The translations under genes were made by a program, and so were the position numbers. Positions 39,556 through 51,215 of a stretch of 64,000 nt of DNA are shown in pieces. Source of the DNA: Catajapyx aquilonaris (Eukaryota); NCBI GenBank assembly GCA_000934665.2, contig KZ538436.1, positions 1-64,000 on the forward strand, given 5' to 3'. Below the pieces are notes generated by a model that was not told the DNA's origin, searched no databases, and worked only from the letters and a program-made list of their open reading frames with translations. Each line of letters opens with the position of its first letter. The stretch's first letter is position 1.

Positions 39556-39604
39556 CGTCACGGTGCTGGGTCATCTCAGAACTCCAGTGGGGGGAGGGGG
39601 GCGC
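39556..39604 (-). other. Candidate 49-bp spliced exon of an unidentified minus-strand transcript
   Basis: Acceptor ATTTTCTATTTTACAG| and donor ACG|GTGAGTA. One open frame, APPSPHWSSEMTQHRD, which contains an ATG; the other two frames have stops. Confidence 0.45.
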
Positions 39605-40124
39605 CTGTAAAATAGAAAATAATGTACATGAATATAGTTGTTTGCAGACAAAATAATTATTGAAAATTGAACAGATGGGAAAAAGCTTTTATTTAATGCA
39701 GAGTGGACATGTGAACGTATAGCATTTACGGTAAGGTAATTAATTTGAAATTTTTTAAACCGGAATTTAAAAAAGCCTGCCACATGCGTGGATTTTGTCG
39801 AATGTGAATAGTCAGAGATAGATGGGAATTACTCCCCTATACATATAAAAACCTATCGGAGAATGTGTCGCCTAATAATTCATCTCAAATTTGCAGCATA
39901 TTTTGCATAGGCTTCTGTACAGTGTTTAAGTGACATTAATAATTATTATTCTATTGTTTTTATTTATACAATAAAAACAATAGCCTCCACATCCATCCGT
40001 TAAATTAACAGACTCTCTAAACATTCGGTGTATTAACCTATTTGGCATGCGATGAAAAGTACAGAAATTCATTTGAAACTCATCACACATAAACAAACTG
40101 TAAAAGGTTGCAACAACGAATTAA

Positions 40125-40500
40125 TAGCAAATATTTTGAAGACTTCTGACGCCGTTTCGGGTGGATTAATTCAAATGACTGAATCTATAATCCCCCTGAT
40201 CATGATACAAATTTAAAACGCATTTGTTCAATGGTCACAACCGGAGTAGTTTATTATTCCCGTTTGATTCATGATTAGCCGCGGGGAGTGTCCTGAACCA
40301 CCTGGCATTGAGTTCTGTCAACAAACCCGGTGACCCATGTATAGACAAGATTATTATCTGTGGTAATGATGCTAAGGTCGTATACAAGTGGAGTCATAGT
40401 CAAAGAAAGTCTAGCCTGCAGAGGTCCCCTGACTGCTTAGAAGTGTATGTGTCAGGCTTGAGATCGTAAACGTCCTCCAAAAGTCCAGGCTTTATTAAAT
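40125..40500 (+). mobile_element. Decayed CR1-type LINE RT core
   Basis: A single frame from 40212 reads FKTHLFNGHNRSSLLFPFDS*LAAGSVLNHLALSSVNKPGDPCIDKIIICGNDAKVVYK...SLQRSPDCLE, collinear with NG..S...V.SGVPQGSVLGP...INDLP...LFADDTK.Y...LQ.DLD.L. Confidence 0.6.
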
Positions 40501-41029
40501 GACTAATGTCCGAGTCATTATGTCCGCAATCACCACAATAACAATTACGCCCTATTTACATTCTCAAGCTTTTCCAGTGTCCACTTTCAGTTTTATAATC
40601 TAATCGCAGAATACATCCAGAAATATGCATTTAATTAGATTTCCTAAGCATGTCATGCACAAAATCAGTGTGCATATGGTTTAGCATTATCTGCTCAGTA
40701 AACAATGCATTACAACACTAATTACTATCAGCAATAATAACCAATGGCAATGTTCATTAATAACTATTACATTAATTACAACTGTGTAGTATACGACGAT
40801 GATAATAAAGCCTGGTCATGGTATTGCAATCAGTACTGAATTGTATATAGCAAAACGATATTTTAAAAGGTGCATTGAACCTTAGTTTATACATTGCAAT
40901 CAATCCCACCACAGGCTATTCTCATTGCATTATTATAAGCTTCATGATGATTATATATAATGGCTAATTATATATTCATCATTAATTATTTGGGGATTAC
41001 ATTGTCGGTAACCATTGAAGCTTAGTGCA

Positions 41030-41480
41030 TATATGCCAGGGTACCTGGGTGAGCTGGCTCATAAATCAATTCGGCAGGGTATCGTGCATGGTTCGGCCTG
41101 TAAACCTGAAAGCTCCATCGCGATACACTGTAACACACGTGTCTTGTGAACTTGCGATATTTGTTATTTGTGCCCAAGTCCCTCGCACGACACCATTGTG
41201 ACATTTTGTGGAATTATACCTCACTTGCTACTACTGTAAGTTACGCACCTATTCCCAATTACCTGAGAGAATTTTCGCGCTTGGAATGAACACCAACCGA
41301 CGTATCTGACAAGCGTGTAACATGCTGATTAAAATGTTTGCATTTACACCGGACTCTAATGACCTGCGAATCAACCCTCCCATTAAAGGATAGTCCAAAT
41401 AGACATCACGACACAGTGCAACGACCTTAACCGCCATGAAACATTTTGAGTTCTGAGACAATATTGCACTTAGTTCCATA
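41030..41480 (-). mobile_element. Decayed CR1-type LINE RT fragment
   Basis: NSKCFMAVKVVALCRDV (ORF 41249..41500), then RARDLGTNNKYRKFTRHVCYSVSR (ORF 41022..41204; cf. RDLGV..D..L.F..H....V.KA). Confidence 0.5.
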
Positions 41481-44052
41481 TTTTCCCCCCCTCCCCACAA
41501 CCTTCAGGAGCAGGGCCTAACGTGATTTTGAATCAGTCAGTATAGAGCTTCTGAAGTAAAAGCGTCTATATTTCCTTGTCGAGCGAGGAACAGCTTCGAT
41601 CCCCGCCGATGATTTACTAGAGTGATGAAAAGCCCCCACTCTCTCATTTCTAACAGTGTTGTCCACCTTTGTGAGGTCTATCCAACGTCACAGTCAGCTA
41701 TATAGGCAAGGGAAGAGGCGGGGGAGGGGGATAGTGGGGAGGGCTGAGTTATTGCGGAATGACATGGGAACGTTCGGCGTGTGTGGTTGACATGGAAATA
41801 CACCACTGTATTGAAAGCTTTCCGTTTAGCCAGACGAATTTAGGCTTACTTGTGTGCATGGATGTGGTCGGCTGATGAACACTGCGCATCCGGCCTTCAT
41901 GCTCTCCCATCTCTCTTGGCTGACAACAGCATCGGATACACGGACAGTGTTCACTCTTCGACACCCAGCACACGGGTTTAAAAAACAAAACACTACATAT
42001 CTACAGTACAAAAAAAAAAATTGGATTTAGGACATGTCACATGTGCCGATGGGCAAATTGCATCCACTCGTGACTATGTGGTGTGAAAGTGAATTCAATC
42101 CTGAATAATGCAGGGCTAAAGTGCGGTTGTAATACAATACTGGAAATTACACTGTCAGTCACCCGGCAAACCCACGGTCCTGAATACCTACGTTTTGTGG
42201 GGAATATTTCACATTGTGCAAATTCATATCCATCATGCGCGGAATCGAATGGCAATTATGGGTGATTTGACATCATGTGCATTCGTGCCGAGTTTGCATT
42301 CAATTATTGCCGAACCGTGGACTAGCTGGATAAACATGTATTTTGCGATTTGTTTTTGCCAAGATTTCAGCGAGGTGACACTAACAGCCGCCATTCCTTC
42401 AATGGAAGCAAAAGGCTAGTCCATTTATCCGAGGCAAATCAATTTGCATATTTTCGTTTTCAAATGTCACTGGGATGGCAGGCCTACAGTGGAGCCAGGC
42501 GAAGGAAGCGACGTCACAAATTAATTCACGTCCACTCCAAGGCTTGCCTAATTTTTCAGCCACAAGCAGGAAGGAAGGCCAAAGGGCTATAGAAACTAGC
42601 CCACGCCTGTTTACTCCTTCGCAGGCGCCCAACTACAGCAATCGGCTTGCTTTAGAAAATTTCTTCTACTCTTTTTTTTTACCCTTTTTTTTTGTAGGTG
42701 GGGTTAAGATTAGTGAGCCTGGCAGGTTCAAGGTGTGGCGATTGATATCTCGAACTGGGTCGGTGGCCTGCCTCTGACCACCTTTCACGCACATGACACG
42801 TCCAAAAAAATTGTCTTAAAAAAGTGGCCTATCTGGCACGAAACTTGGTTCCGCTTTTAAGTTTGGACCAATTTGTGGACCAATTAGGTCACCAAATCAA
42901 ATGTTGTCATTCCTGTACGTATGTTTTGTCACAAGTTGTGGCAAGTTGTGCCAAAACCTGGATGGAAATATCAGTGGAGCCAACTTCAAGGTGTCCTAAT
43001 GGGTGGTATGGATTGTAAAAATGTGTCTCTTGATATCTCGGGCCGCATTTCTTACGACCTGGCTTATGCATGTGAAATGCGGCTCACGTCAGCAATAGAA
43101 GGGAGGGGGAATGAAGATGAAGAAGAAGAATGTCGGAGGGAGTGACCCTACGACCTTGCGGTGTGTCTCGCAGACGAGAGGACCACACACAACCGCTTTT
43201 CGGCGTATGAAAGTGCGTGAGGTTTGCAAGTGGTACCGATTGTTTTACCCGTCACAAGAATTCCGTCCAGGAGGGGTCAGTGTGACATCTTGGTGGCTCG
43301 GAGTGAAGATCAATTATTCGTTCTTTCCCATGGATTTTTCAGCCTGCCCCTACTACTGCCTGTCCTGTCCCGCCGCGGCTTCATTTGCATTTCCTGATTC
43401 TGGTGAAGCTGGGACAGATAAATCAAGAGGGACCCAAAAGACAAAAAGGGCCGTCTGTACATTCTGGCTACTGGAGACTGTCCAGGGGATGTTGGTAGTT
43501 AATGTGCGCTATGAAGATCAAATACTTTCTTTAGCAAGAAGTAGTCTGAAGATAAATTGAGATGGCAGAAAAAGACATTTGTGGTGTGTAACTTATAACA
43601 TCCTTTCATTTGTACCGAGTGTTGGGGCAAAAAATGATATATCGCTCCACGAACTTTCCGAAAAGCAACGGAAAGGCTGTTATAAGCCGGGGGAGCTCCA
43701 AAGATGTTCTTTTTCCGACTTCAATAAATATCGCAGCAAGCACACGCTTTTCGTTCGGGGAATAGCTGTCGGGAAATTGTGCACAAAACAATTTCATCCC
43801 CCCGGGATTCTTTTTTCAATTAAGGCCCTTGGTCGCCCAGAGAAAGAGCATCGTCTCACCAGATGACGGCCTCCCTCCGAAATGTCCCCGCTGATGTCCT
43901 CTCACCAGACCCTCTTGCATATTGATTTCGCCTTACTCTATTGCCATCAGCCTTCTTTTAGTACCCTTGTTGCACTATATTCATTTTCCTACAATATCAC
44001 AGCTATACAAACAGCCCTTACTGTCTGCTAAAAATTAGCTCAAATATTAGTA

Positions 44053-44203
44053 CAGGGTGTTCCAAGTTATTGGTGCCTTTTATAATAGTTATTCTTATAA
44101 GAAATTTCGCTCAAAGCCGTTATTTCTGTGCCCCTAATCACGGGGCACAACAAGCTACACAAAAATAACTACTTCGGACGACCCACGAACTTGGAACACC
44201 TTG
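44053..44203. mobile_element. TA/CAGGGTG-family MITE (short variant)
   Basis: TA|CAGGGTGTTCCAAGTT ... AACTTGGAACACCTTG|TA. Internal GTGCCCCTAA and GCACAACAAGCTAC..AAAAATAAC are shared with the 30930 element. Confidence 0.85.
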
Positions 44204-44228
44204 TATAACCAAGTTATTTGTGTGTTTG

Positions 44229-44990
44229 TTTATTTATTTTTTTATTTATAGTTTACCACGCCTCAAGCTCGCTAGAGGTGAAATGAACTCGTATAGGGGC
44301 TATACAATATTCAGCACAATTGTATAATAAAAACAATAAACAGAGTAATAGCCAATAAATTTTTCTAACAAAAAATCAATTAAAATGATATATCACATCC
44401 CTAACTTCATATGTGGTTAGGGCGAAGGAAGTACAAAAGTCCGTTTTCTTTAAGTGGCTGCAAAGCCCCGGTTCTAGTGTGGGGGTCCGTTTTACAGGAT
44501 CCTCCTTTCAGCAGTTTCTGGCTCCCTTTACTGTTGCGGCTTCCCCAAACCTCGGCGATTACATAATCGGCTGATGGAGCACGTTTAAAGTATCATTGTG
44601 CAATAAAAATAACCATTTAGCAGGATATATGAGGTAGTTTGGGGGAACGTTATGGCTTGTTTGGGTGCTGCACGTGAATACCAGAACCACGTGGGTTAAA
44701 CGGTTCCTGGCCCCTCTGGCTTCTACTCAATGAACTGGAAACAGGCTGTTCATACCGTTTAATATTAACTACCTGTTTATTTAAAACCCGGTAATATTTA
44801 GCCACTTTAGCAAGAGGAATCGGAAGGGAATGAAACGAAAAGAGCAAGAAGAGCAATAAATCTAAATATGGTCAAGTAAGATTTCAATTAGGTGTGGCAA
44901 TAAACGTGCAGTTTGTGGTGGCTTTTAATGACTTCAACACTCTTGTAGCGACATGTAGACTTCTCTACTGGAATGGAGGTTTAATGCGTT
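44229..44990 (-). mobile_element. Decayed CR1/L2-group LINE 3' end with A-rich tail
   Basis: Ordered remnants REVYMSL; VEVIK..TARF; SFHSL..KYYRVLNKQVVNI..RSQRG; FPQT; FKRA, then a 3' UTR ending CGTGGTAAACTATAAATAAAAAAATAAATAAA. Confidence 0.5.
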
Positions 44991-45866
44991 ATTATGGGGG
45001 CAGTTAAGGGTGAAATACTGCCACCTGTTCCTTAAAGGGCCATTGAGTGTTGTTGGCACGAACTGGGGGACCGGAAGAAAATTGGAAGGGAGGGTTAAGA
45101 AAGTTGTCTTGTAGTACTCATTTCTTTATCAATATTAGTCAATTATATTAATCCACAACTTCAGATTTTTATCTGCTCTCGTGGGATTTTCTTTTTCTTT
45201 CATGACATTGCGCATGAATTATTGCGACCATACATTTACAGGGAGGTATAGAAAAGGTCCGCATCACAGCGATTTTTGGTACCAAACGTCGTATTATAGT
45301 GGTTATGTAAAGTATTCGTTGCCAATATTTTAAAAACTTGCGCCGGAACTACATCGCAATTCAGAGCTTGGAATTCGGCCTAATATGAGAAGCTAATACT
45401 GAGTCATTCTATGTGAAATGGGCCAGGGTGGTTGCTCGACCATCTAGTTAATTTTTTATATTTTCACCACAGGTAGCCTTGATATTGACTTGCTCAAAAC
45501 TATTTTTGTTAATTTTTTATCTGCCACCATCTTGGATTTATACTTATTTTTCTTCACCACGGCGATCAAAAATGAGCATTTGTAAGGGTTCTGAAAAATG
45601 GCTACTGTTTGGTGTTTATTCAAGATAGGATGTTCTGATTTTCACTTCCTGAAAGTAGAGGTCTTGGCCTTTCAGAATATGTACATACATGTAGGATAAA
45701 ACATTGGTAACTGGAATTTTAATGCTGCCGAAATGATAAATTTCGCCATTTTCAAATGCCTGTAAAATCAAAAGGGCTTGAACTAAACAACAGGATGGAT
45801 ATTTTTTTTTCAAGAACTCGGACTGGGAGGACATCCATCCGTGGTAAAATAAATTCCGGGTTGCAA

Positions 45867-46366
45867 GCCCTTCTGGCCGATTTATAGGTCAGAAATTGGA
45901 GAAATTTCGAAATTTTCTGACTTCAAGGTCAAATATCTCAAAAAGTGGTATTTTAAAAAATTTGAAATTTTGGCCATGGATACTCCTACTAGTCCTTAGT
46001 AAAAAACCGCAAATAAAACCTTGGTCTTTCCACTTTTCTGCCATCCCGCCGTGAAGCTCCCGATTCGCGTAGCCACTAAGGGCGAAAGTCGCGTACAGGT
46101 CCTGCATCCATCCCTGCTGGGTTAGGGGGGAAGCGGGCACGCGACTTTCGCCCTTAGTGGCTACGCGAATCGGGTGCTTCACGGCGGGACGGGAGAAAAG
46201 TGGAAAGACCAAGGTTCTATTTGCGGTTTTTTACTAAGGACTAGTAGGAGTATCCATGGCCAAAATTTCAAAATTTTAAAAATACCACTTTTTGAGATAT
46301 TTGACCTTGAAGTCAGCAAATTTCGAAACTTCTCCCATTTCTGACCTAAAAATCGGCCAGAAGGGC
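45867..46366. mobile_element. 500-bp foldback element (228-bp arms, 44-bp spacer)
   Basis: 45867-46094 and 46139-46366 are reverse complements with 10 mismatches by my count and no indels. No TSD identified; transposon origin is inferred. Confidence 0.9.
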
Positions 46367-47779
46367 ACCATATTATAATGATGAAATATTATGATAATGA
46401 ATTATTTAAAATATAAATCTGTACATTCAGTTAATTTTACCGGCTATACAACCGCTATATGACCGTGGAGTAGGCCTATTGTGCTCATCAAAAATAGTGC
46501 TGATTATCCACTCTACACTACAAATTGTGAAGGCTCGGAAATGAATGCAACATTGGTTTTGATTCTCGCGCGTATTGTATCTTATTTACTCAGAACAATT
46601 TTACATAATGCATCCTCTAGTTTATTTTGCTATTTCTGCTCAATTATGGCGATAAACAAAATAGGCTAATATAAGTTGTTTATCAATAATTTATGGTAGG
46701 TCATTAATTTATTACAGTCACTCGGACACCACTGGCCATTTTCGGATTCCAATGTTAGTTTTGTCACACATCAACTGGTATTGACACAGTATTGACATCC
46801 TCCACATATCGGCATAAGTGTTTAGCCTTATTTCAATTGTTGCAGTAAAGGATGCAGAAAATACAGAGCGTGAAAAATAAGAGCCGATTTAATTAAAACA
46901 ATTTAAAATTATCAGTAAAGTAAGGTAATAAAATTTCTGACAATTGCAAATTGCACCGCAGGATTGAGTTGGTAAAATATGGTTGAGGTAGGGGGCTGTC
47001 GGGTGTGGGACAGGGGTTGGATAAAGGACTAAAGAATGACCCAAATTATTTTGAGTTTCCAGCAGGTAGGGTTCAAGAAATGGGGATCATCAGTAATAGG
47101 CTGAAGGGATGACAACAAACCTGAGGACGACTGCAAGGTCGAGCCCATTCAGTTTCGAAATAGCCTATATACATAAACCCATCTAATTCCCTGACCGCTC
47201 TTCTTTCACACATGGTTAGTCACAATATTTTGTGTTCAAACCTGTACGCTGTATACAATACGAATGAATATGCTAGTCCTATGAAAATATAGGAAATATT
47301 AAAAGAAAAGAATAACTGTGATTTTAGCTTATTGCAACTTGCCTGCAACTACACAACTTAGATATTGTTATTATTATTTTAGAAAATGTGAATGCAAACT
47401 GGTGATGTTACAGTTTAGCAGATATAGGCCTACCCATATGAATTCAATATTTAAAAAAATAACACATAGACTTTCATGCATGTAAGTAAGTTACTTTGTA
47501 ATATGTGAAGATACTAGACCAGCCACAGGGGTAATATCTTCTGAACTGTACAGTACCTATTTAAATAGCCAGGCTCAATTAGTCATAACTGTAACAAATA
47601 TGACAGGAGTTTAAATCACCCACTCCCCTAACTTAGTTGTCTGAGGACACTAATGTGCTTTCGGAACCCCCTACTTGCTAAATGCCATAAGGCCTAATAA
47701 CATTTTTATGATAGCAGTGAGTCATGGCCGAAAACATAAATAACCCTTGTCACAGGTCTTCCCTTTGTTGTCATTCCTA

Positions 47780-48000
47780 CTTCCCCCATACCTGCCTCAG
47801 GCACACTGACCATCCCCTTCCTATTTCCAGGGCCTCTGAACCCTATCCGACGAACACTTCACACCTCCTGAATGTTGTTGCCAGGTTTGTTTTCTCTCTT
47901 CAGTCGGCATTTTATGGTCGTATAGTCACGCTCTGGAGCATTGGCTATATAGCCATTCCTCAAGAGCGACAATGGAAATATATTTTCACAGTAACACCAA
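47780..48000 (+). mobile_element. Possible L2/CR1-group ORF2 C-terminal remnant
   Basis: LLNVVARFVFSL...RIVTLWSIGYIAIPQER in ORF 47724..48038 (cf. QN..ARF.F.L...H.TP....L.WL....R). Confidence 0.35.
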
Positions 48001-48299
48001 TGCCGCTCTTGAGGAATGGTACGACTCACTTCTCATGAGAAAATGTGAATTAAAATCTGATTGCGATTAACCAAATAGCGCTGTCGTGATGGCTATTTAT
48101 GCACATTCCTGTTTGTAGTAGGCACACGACCACACCCTGTTAATTTGATTGCTTTACGAGCAAGAGTCTTTTTTCAGTTAATTTAGTGAAGAGTGGCTAT
48201 TGAGTGGAGGATGGTGCTGTCTAAAGACGGCTATTATTTTCGGGATATTGCGGACTTTTTCTTGCCTGGAAATGGCGGATAATAAGAATAGTTGCGACC

Positions 48300-48390
48300 A
48301 AGCGACTGCGACGGATCAGGAAATCGAACCCACGACTGTTTCGCTTGGTTGACCAGTGTGGCCATAACCCCTACATCAACACATGCCTCC
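48300..48390 (-). mobile_element. Decayed tRNA-derived SINE head
   Basis: Minus strand TGATGTAGGGGTT (A-box-like) followed by GGGTTCGATTTCC (B-box-like, ~48319-48331). Confidence 0.35.
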
Positions 48391-48835
48391 GTCAGGTATA
48401 ACGTGTGTTTCATAATTAAGGTTACATCTCACAAGTCAGCTGTTGGTGGTTTTCAAAATATATTATTAATTACTGCTCATATTAGGTTCCACTTTAAGGC
48501 CCTATAAAATTCACAATAATTTGGATAGATGATTCAATTTGGCCTAATATTAGCAGATTACTTTTCATAACCACTCAAATTAACTATGAAAAATTAACTG
48601 CTTAAAATAAGTAGCTCAAGGCCAAAACTGGATGAGCCAAATTGGAACTCCCTGTGTCAGTGATATTGGCTATATCCTACAGATTACCATATAACAACAG
48701 TCTGCCACTGTGACCACCACTGACGCATTTATACCGATATATAAATTACCTATCAGCTGTTTAGCTGCAAACATGTTACAAATAATTAGTTAACTTATGC
48801 ATAAAAGTACATTCCACTATTATTTATAGCCCTCT

Positions 48836-48894
48836 TGGTTTTGTCTCCCCCCAATGGCCATCGTGCCCACCGGGGTAAAATAAATAAAAAACTA
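48836..48894 (+). mobile_element. 59-bp extremely 5'-truncated retro-insertion
   Basis: Perfect 17-bp TSD ATTATTTATAGCCCTCT at 48819-48835 and 48895-48911. The insert ends CGGGGTAAAATAAATAAAAAACTA. Confidence 0.8.
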
Positions 48895-48982
48895 ATTATT
48901 TATAGCCCTCTCTGTGAGAATTTTTCTGAATTGGCCTTGTTAACTCATGAGCTACAGTATAAAAATTATAGCAAACACTATG

Positions 48983-49388
48983 TGGACGATGTTATGCAAT
49001 AATGAGTCAACCCACATGAGACCAGTTTTGAGAAAAAGGGGTTTGAAGGTCATACCTGTGAAATTAATTCAGTGTTCTTTTCGGTCATTTATGGCAGAAG
49101 TATGCAAATTTCGCCAGCGTGATTTTAACTGAATGAAGTAGGATCCTTTGGATTATATTCCTGGGCTTGGCTCAATTTTGACATTTTTGCGGGCTGACAA
49201 ATGATTGCATAACATCAGCCATGCACACCATTTGTGAGTTAACTTTTGGGTCATGTGGGGCAGAAGTATGCAGATTTCGCCACCTTGATTTTAACAGAAT
49301 GAAGTACTATCCTTTGGGTGTATGTTCCTGGGCTTAACTCAATTTTGACATTTTTATGGGTTGACCCATTATTGCATAACACCGTTCA
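48983..49388. mobile_element. Unclassified MITE with duplicated right end
   Basis: TGGACGATGTTATGCAATAATGAGTCAACCCA (48983-49014) is inverted at 49357-49388. A ~166-bp-period tandem duplication (~49077-49223 / 49243-49390) includes the right TIR. Confidence 0.75.
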
Positions 49389-50839
49389 TGTATGTAACAC
49401 ACACAATCCTACTATTTTACGCAGCATAACTGGAGCAATTTAGCTCGGGGGTCAGTGTGCCTATAATACCGTCATTTTTTGCAGCCAACTAATTCGGCAT
49501 TTCCTGAACTGAAACATGTATTGCAACTATACAGAGCTGACATTTTTTTTTGCAACAGTCAGCTGTGAAGAAAAACCCTACCCCTACAAATTGGCTGGCA
49601 TTACCATGTTGTCAAGCAGGCCTAGGCTATAATGACAGCTAACAGCACACATCAAATTAGTGTCAATAGTCCATGAGCAATTGGACTAAATCCATTTAGT
49701 ACCAAAACGACACCCAGGCGGTGAAACAAACCAACGCTTGGTCCTAGCAAATCCAAATCTCCCTGTGACAAAAGTTAAGCTGCAACACTGCACCAATTAA
49801 AGACCTAATTAATATGTCCAAATGCCAATAAGGCACCCCCCTCTGATCACGTCATCAATGCGCAATTGCCAGTTGAAGAACAATCCCTCCATCTCCCAGC
49901 AGGGCAGCGAATCTGGGCTGGATGTATACAGTTGCGTGGGTTGAGTTGGGGGTGGAAGAAGATTCATGGCGGAGGAATGGAGAGATGGCCAAGCTAGCCG
50001 TTTGATGTATGCTGGTTGCGGCGGGAATAAGCCGAGCCGTCGAGAGCAACAAGGCGGCGACATCGGAGCGACTGGCCATCCATCAGCCCATGGAATTATC
50101 AGGCAGTCGAGTTGCCACCTCGGCCCATTTTTCCCCCTCTACTCTTTTTTTTTACCCCCGTTCCTCCCCGCCTTCCCCCCTCTGTTCTTTCCCCAGGCAT
50201 AAGCTGGATATGGAAGCGGCAGTAGGGAGGAAGAAAATGGGGGCGGAGGTTGCAACCCTATCAGGCGGACGCCATTTCTCGGGGACAGAACAGGAAATGA
50301 CGTTTTGGCAATTACAAATGGCTGCCAGCGACAATAGTGTCCTCCAAATAACTGATTCCTCAAAAAGTAGCTAGGCTTAGTTTATAATAGGTGAGTGGTA
50401 ATGTGTGTGCTTAAGCTTGTGCATTTGAATCATGTGGACGTGTTTGCAGCTAACGCACAACAACGCCACTAGTACAGCCTGTTTCGTCCTGCGTCATCAA
50501 GGTGATCAATCATAGCAGCCCCGGTTTTAATAATAGGCTACATGCCCAGCCGGTGGCGAGCTATACACGCCTAATGAACATTAAAGTATATACTTGGGTC
50601 GTTGACCTGTCCTGGTGGACCAAAAAAATTGTACATAATTTCCGTCGATTGTCATTGTTTGTGCGACACAAAAATCGTTGTGAGAGCCTGGTTTTTGCAA
50701 CCAAAGCAAGCAATCAGGTAATGTTGTGTACATGGGTATGGTGCAAAACTGGGCTCCAATTAGAATCTGGCAGTGGAAAAGCATTGTCTCCCCGACATGG
50801 CCACTGGATATAGGACCCGCTAATTAATCATTTTGTCTT

Positions 50840-51215
50840 TTAGACCTTCATAATATGCTGTGGGTGCTATTGACTGCGATTTATGATTCCATCGATATCA
50901 AGCAGTATTTGGAAGCACATGACATTTATCATGACTGTTGCAGATGCTGAGGTCGATGGGATGGATGAATTTCCGTATTGGCTCCCAATGCCATTGGAAT
51001 CCCACGCCATACTAAAATTGCCCTCCCATATTGGATAGGATTGAACCCGCCAAAAACCGGACGTACATTCTGTCCCGGTACGGTCGCCACACTATACCAT
51101 GCATCCAAATCATGCAAAATATTCCACCACCTCCTGAGACCCACGCATTTGACACATTAAGAGCTACCGGTATTTTGTTACGCTTGGAAACGTCCAGCAT
51201 GCAACCATCCATCTC
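50840..51215 (-). mobile_element. Decayed Tc1-like transposase fragment
   Basis: DVSKR; VWRPYRDR (~51069-51092); QYGRAILVWRGI (~50998-51033; cf. K.GGGS.MVWG.I); LLDIDGIIN (~50879-50905; cf. L..IDG.MN). In order but frameshifted. Confidence 0.4.

Noticed and set aside
20410..41070. Hox/Exd-type TGATTTAY sites suggesting a Hox cluster
   Set aside because: The count is near chance expectation, and I noticed no homeobox exon or miR-10/miR-993/iab-4 sequence.
49077..49390. Possible CRISPR or satellite array
   Set aside because: Only two ~166-bp units with no repeat-spacer structure; eukaryotic context and no cas genes.
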